NCBI GenBank assembly: GCA_023251485.1
Contig: JAHEYR010000002.1
Coordinates: 1-50,288, forward strand
DNA length: 50,288 nucleotides
Reading direction: 5' to 3'
Origin: Bacteroidales bacterium
GTDB taxonomy: Bacteria; Bacteroidota; Bacteroidia; Bacteroidales; Cfx3-03
In this document: positions 7,843-18,075 of the stretch, piece after piece
Position numbering within the stretch: the first letter of the stretch is position 1
How the letters are laid out: every line of letters begins with the position of its first letter
Notes under the pieces: generated by a model
What the model saw: the letters and a program-made list of their open reading frames with translations, nothing else
What the model was told of the DNA's origin: nothing
The model's database searches: none
Position numbers and translations under genes: made by a program

Positions 7843-9276
7843 TTACTCGGTATATAGAAGCCGGATAGTCTTAAAGTCGATCAGTCGTAATGCCAAAACT
7901 AACAGCGACCCAACAACACTGATTATGACGATCTGTATCATCCAGTTTACCGGTACATAGCGAGCCAAATATGTAAAGCTCCCAATCAACAGTCCAAATA
8001 TCAATAATGCGGGAATGAATTTTCGTCCCATCTTAACAGGTATGATCCGAATGGCAATGATCATCTCTGAAATGGCAACAAGCCCTTGGGTAATAACGCC
8101 TGCCCAGGTTGCACCTAATGCTTTATAAGGCGGAATCAAAACCAGGTTTAATACTACATTAATAACCAAAGCAAATATCAGGATCCGGTTCAGGATTCGC
8201 ATAGAACCATTAGCTGTCAGAAGTGACCCGAAAATAAACATTATTGAAATAGAGACAAACGAAAACATCAACACACTAAACACTTGTGCGGATTGTTCGA
8301 TATGATTGACATATAACAACCCCATTAACTCTTTGCTATAAAACAACGAGACCATAGCAACCATGAAGGCAAAGGGAAACAAGAGTGACATTGAAACCCG
8401 TACTAACGAACTAACATCGATACGCTCGGATAGCATCTTTGCATACAACGGTAATAATAAGATGGAAAAGAGATAGGGTAATACATTGAAGGCTTCCAAC
8501 AATCGAAATGCATTGGCATAGATGGCTACTTGTTTTATTCCATCAGGCAACATACGCTCGAGCATGACAGAGTCGAGCCGCGAATAAAAAAGCATAAGGA
8601 TCATCAATATTGCAAAAGGCAATCCATTTTTGATAACCGTCTTACTAAACCCCGGCTCTACCTTAAAACGAATACCAGGAGAGTGGTGAAGGACGACAAG
8701 AAAAGCCAATACTGCTGTCACGACATAAGCCAACAACTGAGCATAAACAAACCGCTCAATAAAAAAAGAGCCCTTCAATACATGTCCCCAAATAAGTACC
8801 GAGCAGATAAATATCATTAACAGCTTATCTAAAACCGAAAAGAGACTCTCTGTTTTGAAAAGCAACAGGGCGGAAATATTTGATCGGAGAAATAGTATTA
8901 GTGAGGCTAGAAATTGAATGATTCCCAGATAGCAGAGCATATGCATCTGTCGGTGATTATAACCGATGATATAACCAACGGCAATGATAATCACCGCATA
9001 TAAAACAGATAGCATGAGTTTCACTACCAGCATACCGGAGAAGTGTGCTTTTAAAAGATCGTTGTTTTGCGATACCTGTCGGTTATTGAAACCCGTTATC
9101 CCCAGGTCAAGGAAGATGGAAAATATAATACTGAGGTTAAAGATGGAATAGTAAAATCCATAATCAGAGCCGGTGATATTCTGAACGGTTCGGTCTATAC
9201 CAAAAATCCATATGGGTTTTATCAGCAGGTTGAGTGCTAACAAGAGACCTAAACCGGAAAGAAATTTCTTCAGCAT
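7843..9276 (-). CDS. Polysaccharide/oligosaccharide flippase (Wzx-like, MOP superfamily)
   Basis: 477 aa, about 12-14 TM segments. Located in the polysaccharide locus. Confidence 0.75.
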   Translation of the reverse strand: MLKKFLSGLGLLLALNLLIKPIWIFGIDRTVQNITGSDYGFYYSIFNLSIIFSIFLDLGITGFNNRQVSQNNDLLKAHFSGMLVVKLMLSVLYAVIIIAVGYIIGYNHRQMHMLCYLGIIQFLASLILFLRSNISALLLFKTESLFSVLDKLLMIFICSVLIWGHVLKGSFFIERFVYAQLLAYVVTAVLAFLVVLHHSPGIRFKVEPGFSKTVIKNGLPFAILMILMLFYSRLDSVMLERMLPDGIKQVAIYANAFRLLEAFNVLPYLFSILLLPLYAKMLSERIDVSSLVRVSMSLLFPFAFMVAMVSLFYSKELMGLLYVNHIEQSAQVFSVLMFSFVSISIMFIFGSLLTANGSMRILNRILIFALVINVVLNLVLIPPYKALGATWAGVITQGLVAISEMIIAIRIIPVKMGRKFIPALLIFGLLIGSFTYLARYVPVNWMIQIVIISVVGSLLVLALRLIDFKTIRLLYTE

Positions 9277-9378
9277 ACTTGAGATGAACCTTATTTTTAA
9301 ACAGAACCATGAAAATTAAGCAATAGTCCCCACTAATGCAAAAACAAAAAGTCCTCTTTTTTAGTTTAATTATCCTTT

Positions 9379-9396
9379 TATCTTTGTGCAAAGGTA
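9379..9396. promoter_or_regulatory. Back-to-back divergent -7 boxes: TATCTTTG (+, 9379-9386) and TACCTTTG (-, 9396-9389)
   Basis: The sequence TATCTTTGtgCAAAGGTA lies in the flippase / glycosyltransferase divergent intergenic region. Confidence 0.45.
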
Positions 9397-9476
9397 AAAC
9401 AAAGAGATTACCCACTCAACTATTTCTCATTGTTTGCCCACTCAGTTAATAATCAATACATAACATTGTTATTATT

Positions 9477-10613
9477 GTGAAAATCGCTATCAACACCCGC
9501 TTACTGATATCTGAGAAACTGGAAGGAATTGGATGGTTCTGTTTTGAGACGTTAATGCGTATTACGAAACAACACCCCGAACATGAATTCTATTTTATTT
9601 TTGACCGGGCTTACGACGTTGAATTACGCTTCACACCAAATGTAAAAGCCATTGTAGCACCTCCCCAAGCACGCCATCCCCTACTCTATCTGATTTGGTT
9701 TGAAATGATGCTCCCTATTGTTTTAAAGCGTATCAAAGCAGACCTGTTTCTTTCGCCTGATGGCTATCTTTCATTAATGAGCAATGTTAAACAGATTGCT
9801 GTATTTCACGACCTTAATTTTGAGCACTACCCTAATGACCTGCCCAGGATTGAGATGATGTATTACACACATTTCTTTCCTCGCTATGCAAAAAAAGCTT
9901 GTCGAATTATAACGGTAAGCAGTTATTCTAAAAGAGATATTATTGAGACATACAAGACTCCCCCTGAAAAAATTGATGTCGCTCATAATGGTGTTGGTGA
10001 GATATTTGTGCCCATCAGTCCGGCTGAAAAAGAACTTTGTAGAAAGACGTTCACCAATGGGGTTGAATACTTTATTTACGTTGGGTCGATCCACCCCAGA
10101 AAGAACTTAGCGAACCTATTTCTGGCATTCGATCTATTTAAGAAGAGAACCCACTTACCAAATAAGCTTGTTATTGTTGGCAATCGAAAATGGTGGACAA
10201 ATGAGATAAACAAGGTATATGAACAATTGCACTTCAAGAAAGATGTGATCTTCTTGGGTCGACAGGAGACTTCTGTGTTACACCATTTGATGGCTTCGGC
10301 TGAAGCTTTAACCTATGTTTCGTATCATGAAGGTTTTGGGATCCCTATTTTAGAGGCATTTGCTTCGGGGACAGCTGTTATCACCTCGAATATAACCTCC
10401 ATGCCTGAAGTAGCCGGAGACGCAGCACTGCTGGTAAATCCATTTTCGCCTGAGTCAATAGCAGACGCCATGGAAAGCATCTATCGTGAAAAGGGACTAA
10501 AACAACAGCTGATAGAAAAAGGACTGGAACGGGTAAAGCTGTTTTCATGGCAACAAACAGCCGACCTGGTCTGGAATTCTATTGAAAAATGTCTGAACCT
10601 TCAGTCTAAATGA
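9477..10613 (+). CDS. Glycosyltransferase, GT4 (Glycos_transf_1) family
   Basis: 378 aa, GTG start (VKIAINTRLL). C-terminal EGFGIPILEA...VITSNITSMPEVAGDAA motif. Confidence 0.85.
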   Translation: MKIAINTRLLISEKLEGIGWFCFETLMRITKQHPEHEFYFIFDRAYDVELRFTPNVKAIVAPPQARHPLLYLIWFEMMLPIVLKRIKADLFLSPDGYLSLMSNVKQIAVFHDLNFEHYPNDLPRIEMMYYTHFFPRYAKKACRIITVSSYSKRDIIETYKTPPEKIDVAHNGVGEIFVPISPAEKELCRKTFTNGVEYFIYVGSIHPRKNLANLFLAFDLFKKRTHLPNKLVIVGNRKWWTNEINKVYEQLHFKKDVIFLGRQETSVLHHLMASAEALTYVSYHEGFGIPILEAFASGTAVITSNITSMPEVAGDAALLVNPFSPESIADAMESIYREKGLKQQLIEKGLERVKLFSWQQTADLVWNSIEKCLNLQSK

Positions 10614-11622
10614 TATTTACCTCCATATCCAGATGAACACCAAAGGTGTTAAAGACAGACAGCATGATCTCGTCAGCCAATGAAATAATCTCATGTCCGG
10701 TTGCTGTACCATAGTTTACAAGCACCAGTGCCTGATATGCATGAACACCGGCATCACCTTTGCGATAACCTTTCCATCCACACTGCTCTATTAGCCAACC
10801 CGCTGCCAGCTTGAACGAACCCGTGGGCAATGAAAAAGCAATAATTGTTGGATACTCAGCTTTTAACCGGCTATAATGATCGGCACCAACTGTAGGATTC
10901 TTAAAGAAACTTCCGGCATTACCAATAACAAAAGGATCGGGAATCTTGCGACTGCGGATGGCTATAACGGCTTTTCGAATGGCATCTATACTCAGGGTTG
11001 TGATGCCCATTGCGTCAAGTTCGGTTGTGATAGCACCATATTTTGTATGAAACGCTGGATGATGAGCCAGTTTGAATGTCACAGAAAGGATGACATATCG
11101 GCCTTTTGCTTCATGTTTGAAGATACTATCGCGGTATCCAAACTTACATTCTGCATTTTGCAGCGTGACGATTTCGCCGGTTTCTTTATCATATACCGTT
11201 AAATATTCAATGACATCAGCAACCTCAACTCCATACGCTCCAATATTCTGGATAGGACAACTCCCAACCATTCCCGGAATAAGTGAAAGGTTTTCAACAC
11301 CTGCATATCCATGCGATACACACCAGTTTACAAAGGCATCCCACTCCTCTCCTGCATTGCCTGTAACCAAAGAATAATCATCATCAAGCTTGGTTACAGA
11401 GATCCCTTTGATCCCCATCCGAAAGATGACACCATTAAAATCGGCAGTAAACAACATGTTACTCCCTCCACCTATCGGCATGAAAGGTAATCCTGCTACT
11501 TTGGGTTCTTGAAAGATTTTTTTAAGCTGATCTACTGATGTAATTTCTGCAAAAAAACGTGCCTTGGCTTCGATACCAAAGGTTGTATATGGTTTTATTG
11601 AAATATTCTCTAATAACTGCAT
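10606..11622 (-). CDS. murB: UDP-N-acetylenolpyruvoylglucosamine reductase
   Basis: ORF 10606..11643 begins with TTG. The ATG at 11622 (MQLLENISIKPYTTFGI) is preferred because a -7 box lies at 11648-11641. FAD-binding GGGSNMLF and the MurB C-terminal domain GNAGSFFKNP...AAGWLIEQCGWKG. Confidence 0.9.
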   Translation of the reverse strand: MQLLENISIKPYTTFGIEAKARFFAEITSVDQLKKIFQEPKVAGLPFMPIGGGSNMLFTADFNGVIFRMGIKGISVTKLDDDYSLVTGNAGEEWDAFVNWCVSHGYAGVENLSLIPGMVGSCPIQNIGAYGVEVADVIEYLTVYDKETGEIVTLQNAECKFGYRDSIFKHEAKGRYVILSVTFKLAHHPAFHTKYGAITTELDAMGITTLSIDAIRKAVIAIRSRKIPDPFVIGNAGSFFKNPTVGADHYSRLKAEYPTIIAFSLPTGSFKLAAGWLIEQCGWKGYRKGDAGVHAYQALVLVNYGTATGHEIISLADEIMLSVFNTFGVHLDMEVNII

Positions 11623-11640
11623 TGCAAAATAATTGAGGTG

Positions 11641-11676
11641 CAAAGGTAAGGAAATATCTTTGAAGCTTTATCTTTG
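11641..11676. promoter_or_regulatory. Divergent promoter region: TACCTTTG (-, 11648-11641), TATCTTTG (+, 11655-11662) and a second TATCTTTG (+, 11669-11676)
   Basis: Three TAnnTTTG matches within the 58-nt murB / glycosyltransferase intergenic region. Confidence 0.45.
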
Positions 11677-11680
11677 CTTC

Positions 11681-12868
11681 ATGTCAAAACCTATTGCCAT
11701 TATCTCTGTAATCAACGATCTGGTGTCAGACCAACGGGTAGACCGCTCTGCCATCACTCTTCGAAAAGCCGGTTACAATGTGTTACTAGTGGGCAGAAGA
11801 CGAAGGAAAAGTCCGCCACTACTTCCGCGTAGTTATGACACCCACAGAATGAGATTGTTGTTTGAAAAGGGACCACTCTTCTATCTGGAATACAATTTCA
11901 GACTCTTTATTCTTCTCCTGTTTAAAAGACCTGCCTTATTATTGAGTAATGACCTGGATACGCTGCTACCCAATTTCTTAATCCATAAACTAAAAAGATG
12001 TATACTAGTTTATGATGCACACGAGTACTTTACAGGGGTACCAGAACTGGTAGGTCGTCCATGGGTAAGGGGGTGTTGGAAGAATTTGGAACAATGGATT
12101 CTACCCCGGTTAAAGTTCATGATAACAGTGAATGATTCGATAGGTGAGCTGTACAAAACTGAGTATGGTATTACACCACTAATCATTAGAAATATTCCTT
12201 TTAAAAGCAATACAAACATTGAGGAGAAGGGATTGAAGAGATCGAAGATTGAACTGGAAGAGTGGAAAAGACAAACGAAGAGCACACTAAAGCTACCGGA
12301 AGATAAAGCAGTCATCATATTTCAAGGAGCCGGTATTAACATCAACAGAGGTGCAGAAGAGGCTGTGATGGCTATGCATTATACGAATGATGTTATCTTG
12401 TTGATTGTTGGAGATGGCGATGTGGTTGAGTTCTTAAAAACACTGGTGACGCGACTGGGACTTGAGGAGAAGGTCTATTTTGTAGCCCGACAGCCCTACC
12501 AAATGCTGTACACCTATACTGCCATTGCTGAATTTGGAATATCGTTGGATAAAGACACAAACATAAACTATAGGTTTAGTCTTCCGAATAAGTTGTTTGA
12601 CTATATCAATGCCGGTATTCCGGTTATGGCGACTCCATTACCTGAAATTAAAAAGATTATCGAGTATTATCAATGTGGAATTTTCATTGAGAACCATGAG
12701 CCCAAACATATTGCGGAGTGCTTTATGACGCTTTTAAATGACAAAGAGCAATTATGGACATTAAGGGAAAACGCCATTAAAGCAGCGGAACAACTAGATG
12801 GAGAAAAGGAGTTGAAAGTGCTTTTTGATTTGGTGTATATTTGTAATAAAGAAAATCCAGTCATTTGA
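11681..12868 (+). CDS. Glycosyltransferase (GT4-like)
   Basis: ORF 11633..12868 trimmed to the ATG at 11681 (MSKPIAIISV), which follows the promoter boxes. GT-B-like organisation with an EX7E-like region ...LPNKLFDYINAGIPVMA. Confidence 0.75.
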   Translation: MSKPIAIISVINDLVSDQRVDRSAITLRKAGYNVLLVGRRRRKSPPLLPRSYDTHRMRLLFEKGPLFYLEYNFRLFILLLFKRPALLLSNDLDTLLPNFLIHKLKRCILVYDAHEYFTGVPELVGRPWVRGCWKNLEQWILPRLKFMITVNDSIGELYKTEYGITPLIIRNIPFKSNTNIEEKGLKRSKIELEEWKRQTKSTLKLPEDKAVIIFQGAGININRGAEEAVMAMHYTNDVILLIVGDGDVVEFLKTLVTRLGLEEKVYFVARQPYQMLYTYTAIAEFGISLDKDTNINYRFSLPNKLFDYINAGIPVMATPLPEIKKIIEYYQCGIFIENHEPKHIAECFMTLLNDKEQLWTLRENAIKAAEQLDGEKELKVLFDLVYICNKENPVI

Positions 12869-14001
12869 AAGACTATCACCTACATATTATTGCTTTTGAT
12901 ATTCCGTTTCCGCCATCGTATGGTGGTGTAATTGATGTCTTTTATCAAATATTTTATCTATCAAAAGCCGGTGTGAAGATTCATCTACATGCTTTTGATT
13001 ATGGCAAGGGAAAACGATCTGAAGAATTGGAGCGATTGTGCTATAGCGTGAATTACTATCCCCGCCAAACAGGTATATTATCGGCGCTCAGCTACAAGCC
13101 CTATATTACTGGCAGTCGTAAATCAGAAGCACTTGTTTTGGAACTATTAAAAGACGACTACCCCATTCTATTTGAAGGACTTCACACCTGTTATCATATC
13201 ACCGACAAGCGCTTGGCCAACCGATATAAGATATTCAGAGAAACTAATATTGAACATCGCTATTACGGCTATCTGGCATTAGCTGAAATAAATCCGTTTT
13301 ATAAGTTCTACTTTGCCATCGCTGCTATAAAACTTGGATTTTATCAACGGGTTATCCGTTATGCCAACTTAGTCTTTTGCGTTTCGGAGGCTGATACGAT
13401 TTATTATAAGAAAAAATTTAAGAAGATACCGGTTGCATTTATGCCTTGCTTCCACAAGAACGAAGAGGTGTTATTAGAAAAAGGAGCCGGAAGTTATATC
13501 TTGTTTCATGGCAATCTGGAAGTCTCGGAAAATGTAAAGGCCGCCATTTTCCTGATGGAGAAGGTGATGAACGACATTGATTACCGATTGATCATAGCCG
13601 GAAACAATCCAACCAGCCGTATCAAAAGAACAGCTTTACGATATCCAAATGTTGAAATCATAGCGAATCCGGAGGAAGAGCAGATGGAGACACTGATCAA
13701 GAAAGCGCACCTTCATCTGCTAGTCACTTTTCAAGCTACCGGATTAAAATTAAAGCTGCTCAATGCACTTTTTAGAGGGAAACTGATCATTGCAAATAGC
13801 AAAATGGTTCATGGAACAGGGTTATCGTCATTATGCTTCATTGCAGATACACCCGATGAACTGAAGAGCTATATTCGCCAGTTAACTGATTACGATTATA
13901 ATTTCGCAGAGATAGGTAGACGAAGAAATCTATTACTCAGTAGATTTAACAATAAGGAGAATGCAAACGAGATGATCAATCAGATTTATCGGAAAGATTA
14001 A
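12865..14001 (+). CDS. Glycosyltransferase (family-1-like)
   Basis: 378 aa. TTG start overlaps the upstream stop as TTGA. The conserved-looking N-terminus HIIAFDIPFPPSYGGVIDVFYQI requires this start. Confidence 0.7.
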   Translation: MKDYHLHIIAFDIPFPPSYGGVIDVFYQIFYLSKAGVKIHLHAFDYGKGKRSEELERLCYSVNYYPRQTGILSALSYKPYITGSRKSEALVLELLKDDYPILFEGLHTCYHITDKRLANRYKIFRETNIEHRYYGYLALAEINPFYKFYFAIAAIKLGFYQRVIRYANLVFCVSEADTIYYKKKFKKIPVAFMPCFHKNEEVLLEKGAGSYILFHGNLEVSENVKAAIFLMEKVMNDIDYRLIIAGNNPTSRIKRTALRYPNVEIIANPEEEQMETLIKKAHLHLLVTFQATGLKLKLLNALFRGKLIIANSKMVHGTGLSSLCFIADTPDELKSYIRQLTDYDYNFAEIGRRRNLLLSRFNNKENANEMINQIYRKD

Positions 14002-14775
14002 TTATTCGCCAACATATTCAGCGCCTCCTTCATTATAGGAATCATCAGAGAAAGGATCTGATTCTTCACTATCATGTCCGCCACTTTCGTCAGTGTATTT
14101 CTTTGCAATCTCGATAAATTTTCCATTTACACAGCGAACGATACGCCCAGGGTAGTGTTCGATGAGATTGTAATTATGGGTTGCCATCAGAACAGCACTT
14201 CCACTACGACTAATTTCTAACAATAATTGCATGATACCGTTTGAACTGTCAGGGTCTAGGTTACCGGTAGGTTCATCGGCTAAAACTAAAGCAGGACGGT
14301 TTATCAAAGCGCGGGCTATACAGATGCGTTGTTGTTCACCCCCGGAAAGCTGATGTGGCATCTTATGTCCTTTCGTAGAGAGACCCACCATTTGAAGAAC
14401 CTCATTCATTCGGGTTTCCATATCGACTTTATCTTTCCAGCCGGTAGCTTTCATGACAAAAATCAGATTCTCTTCAACCGTACGATCTGTCAGAAGTTGA
14501 AAATCCTGAAACACAATTCCGATTTTACGTCGCAGGTATGGGATATCATTGGGCTTGATGTTTAATAAATCATATCCTGCCACGACTGCACTTCCATCGA
14601 GCAATGGTAATTCTCCATATAACGATTTTAGTAGACTGCTTTTCCCTGTTCCTGTTTTACCTATCAGGTAAACGAACTCACCCTGATGGATATCCAGACA
14701 GACATTGGAAAGCACCAATGTGTTTTTTTGAAAGACAGAGATATCTTTTAACGAAACAATATTTTCTGAAGACAT
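14002..14775 (-). CDS. ftsE: FtsE-like ABC ATPase with an acidic C-terminal tail
   Basis: Walker [10 protein letters not shown], signature LSGGEQQR, Walker [11 protein letters not shown]-loop ATHN. FtsE-like [18 protein letters not shown]. About 35 extra Asp/Glu/Ser-rich residues at the C-terminus. Confidence 0.75.
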   Translation of the reverse strand: MSSENIVSLKDISVFQKNTLVLSNVCLDIHQGEFVYLIGKTGTGKSSLLKSLYGELPLLDGSAVVAGYDLLNIKPNDIPYLRRKIGIVFQDFQLLTDRTVEENLIFVMKATGWKDKVDMETRMNEVLQMVGLSTKGHKMPHQLSGGEQQRICIARALINRPALVLADEPTGNLDPDSSNGIMQLLLEISRSGSAVLMATHNYNLIEHYPGRIVRCVNGKFIEIAKKYTDESGGHDSEESDPFSDDSYNEGGAEYVGE

Positions 14776-14854
14776 AATTATAAATCATAAAAAAGAAATA
14801 GCAAGGAGAGAATTTAAATACTATTCGCCCCTTACTACTCCTAAAATAACTAGA

Positions 14855-16096
14855 TTATTCATAACGCAAAGACTCAATAGGATCGAGGTTTGAGGCTTTT
14901 AGTGCAGGAATAATTCCTGAAACTAATGCGACAATAAAGCACAATGAAAATCCTAGAATCATCCAAACCCACGGTATAATAAAGGAACTGCCCACCAGAT
15001 ACGAGACGAGATTTCCAATGAGAATCCCCAGAAAAACGCCAAGCACTCCTCCTAGCTGTGCAATAAAAATAGCTTCAACTAAAAACTGGTTACGAATGGT
15101 CTTCTTATTGGCACCGATAGCTTTACGGATTCCTATTTCTCTGGTACGCTCAGTCACAGAAACAAGCATGATATTCATCAACCCAATAGCTGCTCCAAAT
15201 AGGGTGATGCCCCCTATAATCTTAGCCGCTAAGCTAAGATATTTAAGCTGATCGAAAAGCATTTTAGCAATAACATCGCTCTTAGATATTTCAAAATCAG
15301 GATCCTGATACGGTCTATTCTTTCTGATGATCCGGAACTTACTCATGGCTTCGCCTTCGGCTCCTTCCAGATTTTGATTTGCTAAAGCCATGATATTAAT
15401 GGTATAGGAAACATTGGCACGTGGAAAATACTGTCGGGCTGTATTTAAAGGGATGATACATGAGTTGTCAGAATTAAATCCAATACCAGAACCGCGGCTT
15501 TTTAACACTCCAATGACCCTGAATTGAGCTCCTCCCAATTGAATAATTTTACCTATCGGATCCTCTTTACCTTTAAAGAGATTATCCTTAACACCACCGC
15601 CAATGACCACTACTGCTGTTCCATAAAAATTTTCATTCGCAGAGAAAGCTCTTCCTTTTTCAACTTCATCACCAGATGTAGTCATATAATTTTCATCCCC
15701 GGCAGTAATTCGAATATTGGGATTTGTTTTTATACTTCCATATTTAGCAGTAGATGCGCCTGAAGCGAAATAATATATAGCCACTTTAGCTGGAAAATCA
15801 TATGCATCTTTAAATGCATTGGCTTGTTGAATAGTAATCACAGGATAATAACGCGGACGTTTTCGATCGCCCCCCATATTAATCTGAATTGATCTGTTTC
15901 TTATCGTTAAGGTATTAGCACCCATCGCTGTAAAGTTCTCATTAAAGAAATACTTTATCGCATCGATAGATGTAAGAATACCTACTAAGGCCATAATCCC
16001 AAAAGCGATAATTAGTATAGTTAGCATAGAGCGCACGAAGTGACTTCTGACAGCAGAGATAGAAATTCGAATGTTTTCTCGGATTAACTGGTTCAT
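14855..16096 (-). CDS. ABC transporter permease, MacB/FtsX-domain type
   Basis: 413 aa. N-terminal TM, about 230-aa extracytoplasmic domain, C-terminal FtsX-type TM bundle with ERTREIGIRKAIGA. Confidence 0.85.
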   Translation of the reverse strand: MNQLIRENIRISISAVRSHFVRSMLTILIIAFGIMALVGILTSIDAIKYFFNENFTAMGANTLTIRNRSIQINMGGDRKRPRYYPVITIQQANAFKDAYDFPAKVAIYYFASGASTAKYGSIKTNPNIRITAGDENYMTTSGDEVEKGRAFSANENFYGTAVVVIGGGVKDNLFKGKEDPIGKIIQLGGAQFRVIGVLKSRGSGIGFNSDNSCIIPLNTARQYFPRANVSYTINIMALANQNLEGAEGEAMSKFRIIRKNRPYQDPDFEISKSDVIAKMLFDQLKYLSLAAKIIGGITLFGAAIGLMNIMLVSVTERTREIGIRKAIGANKKTIRNQFLVEAIFIAQLGGVLGVFLGILIGNLVSYLVGSSFIIPWVWMILGFSLCFIVALVSGIIPALKASNLDPIESLRYE

Positions 16097-16113
16097 AGTA
16101 GTATGGTTTGCTA

Positions 16114-16121
16114 CAAATGTA
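16114..16121 (-). promoter_or_regulatory. Candidate -7 box TACATTTG
   Basis: TAnnTTTG match 18 nt upstream of the permease ATG at 16096. Confidence 0.4.
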
Positions 16122-16264
16122 ACAAAAAAACAATGCTGAGAAAAGAGATTTTATCTATAAATTTTTCAGTTATTTCTAGTTCGGATATGACTACTTTTCT
16201 GTTATGATTCATTTCAATTGTGGCGAGATAAATTAGCTTATTTGGTTATTACCTTTTCTTCGCC

Positions 16265-16771
16265 CTATTTACTTGCTATTTCAATTAATTGACCTATTGT
16301 GGTTAGCACAAAGGTCCAGCATACAACGGATGCAGCCAGATAAGCCAATAGATGCTGATGCTTTGAATAATAGGTGATGGCCAGAAATGTCCCGATAGGT
16401 ATCGATAAGAATACAGGGGTTAATATAACAATTCCCAATAAACCATATTTCGCTCTAATATTCGCAATACGTCGACTATTTTTTGAAAACACTTTTTTCT
16501 TAAAATCCAGAGAAAATCGTTCTTTGAAAAAGGATACCGAACGAAGGTATGGCAACAATCTATGTGTAAAATAGCGATGATAAGCAGCTATTATAATGTG
16601 GCTTAAATGATAAAAGAACCACACACCAGCCACTCCACCTACGGCTGTAAAGACAAGCGTTTGAGAGTACGAAAAGCCCATGTGTATTGAAACGAATGGT
16701 GCTGCAAAAAGCTTAAGTCCACTCATAAAGAATACACCTATTAACCGCCATATTTCAACATCTATAGTCAT
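16265..16771 (-). CDS. Hypothetical small membrane protein (4 predicted TM segments)
   Basis: 168-aa ORF with hydrophobic segments and a basic central loop. No recognisable motif. Confidence 0.55.
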   Translation of the reverse strand: MTIDVEIWRLIGVFFMSGLKLFAAPFVSIHMGFSYSQTLVFTAVGGVAGVWFFYHLSHIIIAAYHRYFTHRLLPYLRSVSFFKERFSLDFKKKVFSKNSRRIANIRAKYGLLGIVILTPVFLSIPIGTFLAITYYSKHQHLLAYLAASVVCWTFVLTTIGQLIEIASK

Positions 16772-16941
16772 TGTCTGATGAATAATAATATAGTCCTTAC
16801 AACAACATTTCGAAAATTAGATTGTTTTCAAAATTTCAGCATTTAAAACAATTTAAGATTTTGCAATCCTTTGTCAAAATCCTTTAGATCCGGCGACATA
16901 TAGAAGCCCCACACCATTAACAATAGTCAAAGATAATTATC

Positions 16942-18075
16942 TTATTTCGATTTTTGATTTAAATATGACAACATTAAACTTGCTGCCTTTTCTGAAGCAC
17001 CATGTCCTCCCAGAATTTGCCTAAGCGCTTCGTAATCAACAAAGACCTTTTCACGTTTCTTTGGATCAAACAACAGCGACTCGAGTTCGTTTCTGATATT
17101 ATCTTTATTCAAATCAGCCTGAATCAACTCTTTTACAACCATCCTATCCATTATCAAATTCACTAAAGAGATGTAACGGACTTTAATAACCTGCCGTGCA
17201 ATGAGGTATGAGACATAACTGCTTTTATAACAAACCACTTCAGGAACATTCAACAGTGCTGTTTCAAGTGTAGCAGTACCCGAAGTAACCAAGGCCGCTG
17301 CGGCATTGTGCAACAAGTCGTGTGTTTTACCGAAGGTTAGTTTTACATCTTTAGAGCCTATAACCTTCTTATAAAATGATTCGTTGATAGAACTTACACC
17401 GGCTATGACAAATTGATAATCGGGGAAGTCGGTGATTACTTCTAACATTTGGTGAAGTACTTCAGCTATTTCCTGCTTCCGACTACCGGGCAACAGGGCA
17501 ATGATGGGGCGGTTATCTAATTTATTGTTGATTTTAAAGTTGTCACCTTCCAATAGCCGTATTTCATTTTCCTCTTGTATGGCATCAAGCAGAGGATGTC
17601 CAACAAAGTCGACTTTAATACTGAATTGACGATAAAAGTTCTTTTCAAAGGGAAGGATGACAAACATCTTGTCAACATTTTCCCTTATCTCTATTGCCCG
17701 CGATTGTTTCCAGGCCCAGATCTGAGGAGAGATATAATAGAAGACCTTTATCCCTATTCGATGAGCCCACTTAGCAATGCGAAGATTAAAACCCGGATAA
17801 TCGACGAGAATCAAAACATCGGGATCAAAGGAAAGAATATCTTTTTTGCAGAATTTGAGGTTTCTCAAGATCGTGCCGAGGTTACTGATGACCTCTACAA
17901 ATCCCATGAAAGCTAAATCCTTGTAATGTTTAACTACTTCGGCTCCCTGGCTAGCCATTCTATCTCCACCCCAAGCCCTGAATCGAGCATTTGGGTCGCC
18001 TTTTTTAAGTGCTTTTATTAAGTTGGCAGCATGTAAATCGCCTGATGGTTCCCCAGCTATAATATAATAATTCAT
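16942..18075 (-). CDS. lpxB: Lipid-A-disaccharide synthase
   Basis: 377 aa. N-terminal YIIAGEPSGDLHAANLIKAL and overall LpxB layout. Adjacent to surE as in many Bacteroidota. Confidence 0.92.
   Translation of the reverse strand: MNYYIIAGEPSGDLHAANLIKALKKGDPNARFRAWGGDRMASQGAEVVKHYKDLAFMGFVEVISNLGTILRNLKFCKKDILSFDPDVLILVDYPGFNLRIAKWAHRIGIKVFYYISPQIWAWKQSRAIEIRENVDKMFVILPFEKNFYRQFSIKVDFVGHPLLDAIQEENEIRLLEGDNFKINNKLDNRPIIALLPGSRKQEIAEVLHQMLEVITDFPDYQFVIAGVSSINESFYKKVIGSKDVKLTFGKTHDLLHNAAAALVTSGTATLETALLNVPEVVCYKSSYVSYLIARQVIKVRYISLVNLIMDRMVVKELIQADLNKDNIRNELESLLFDPKKREKVFVDYEALRQILGGHGASEKAASLMLSYLNQKSK

Noticed and set aside
9164-9415. 83-aa minus-strand ORF spanning the flippase start and its upstream region
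   Set aside because: It overlaps the flippase N-terminus in another frame and runs through the divergent promoter boxes. No support.
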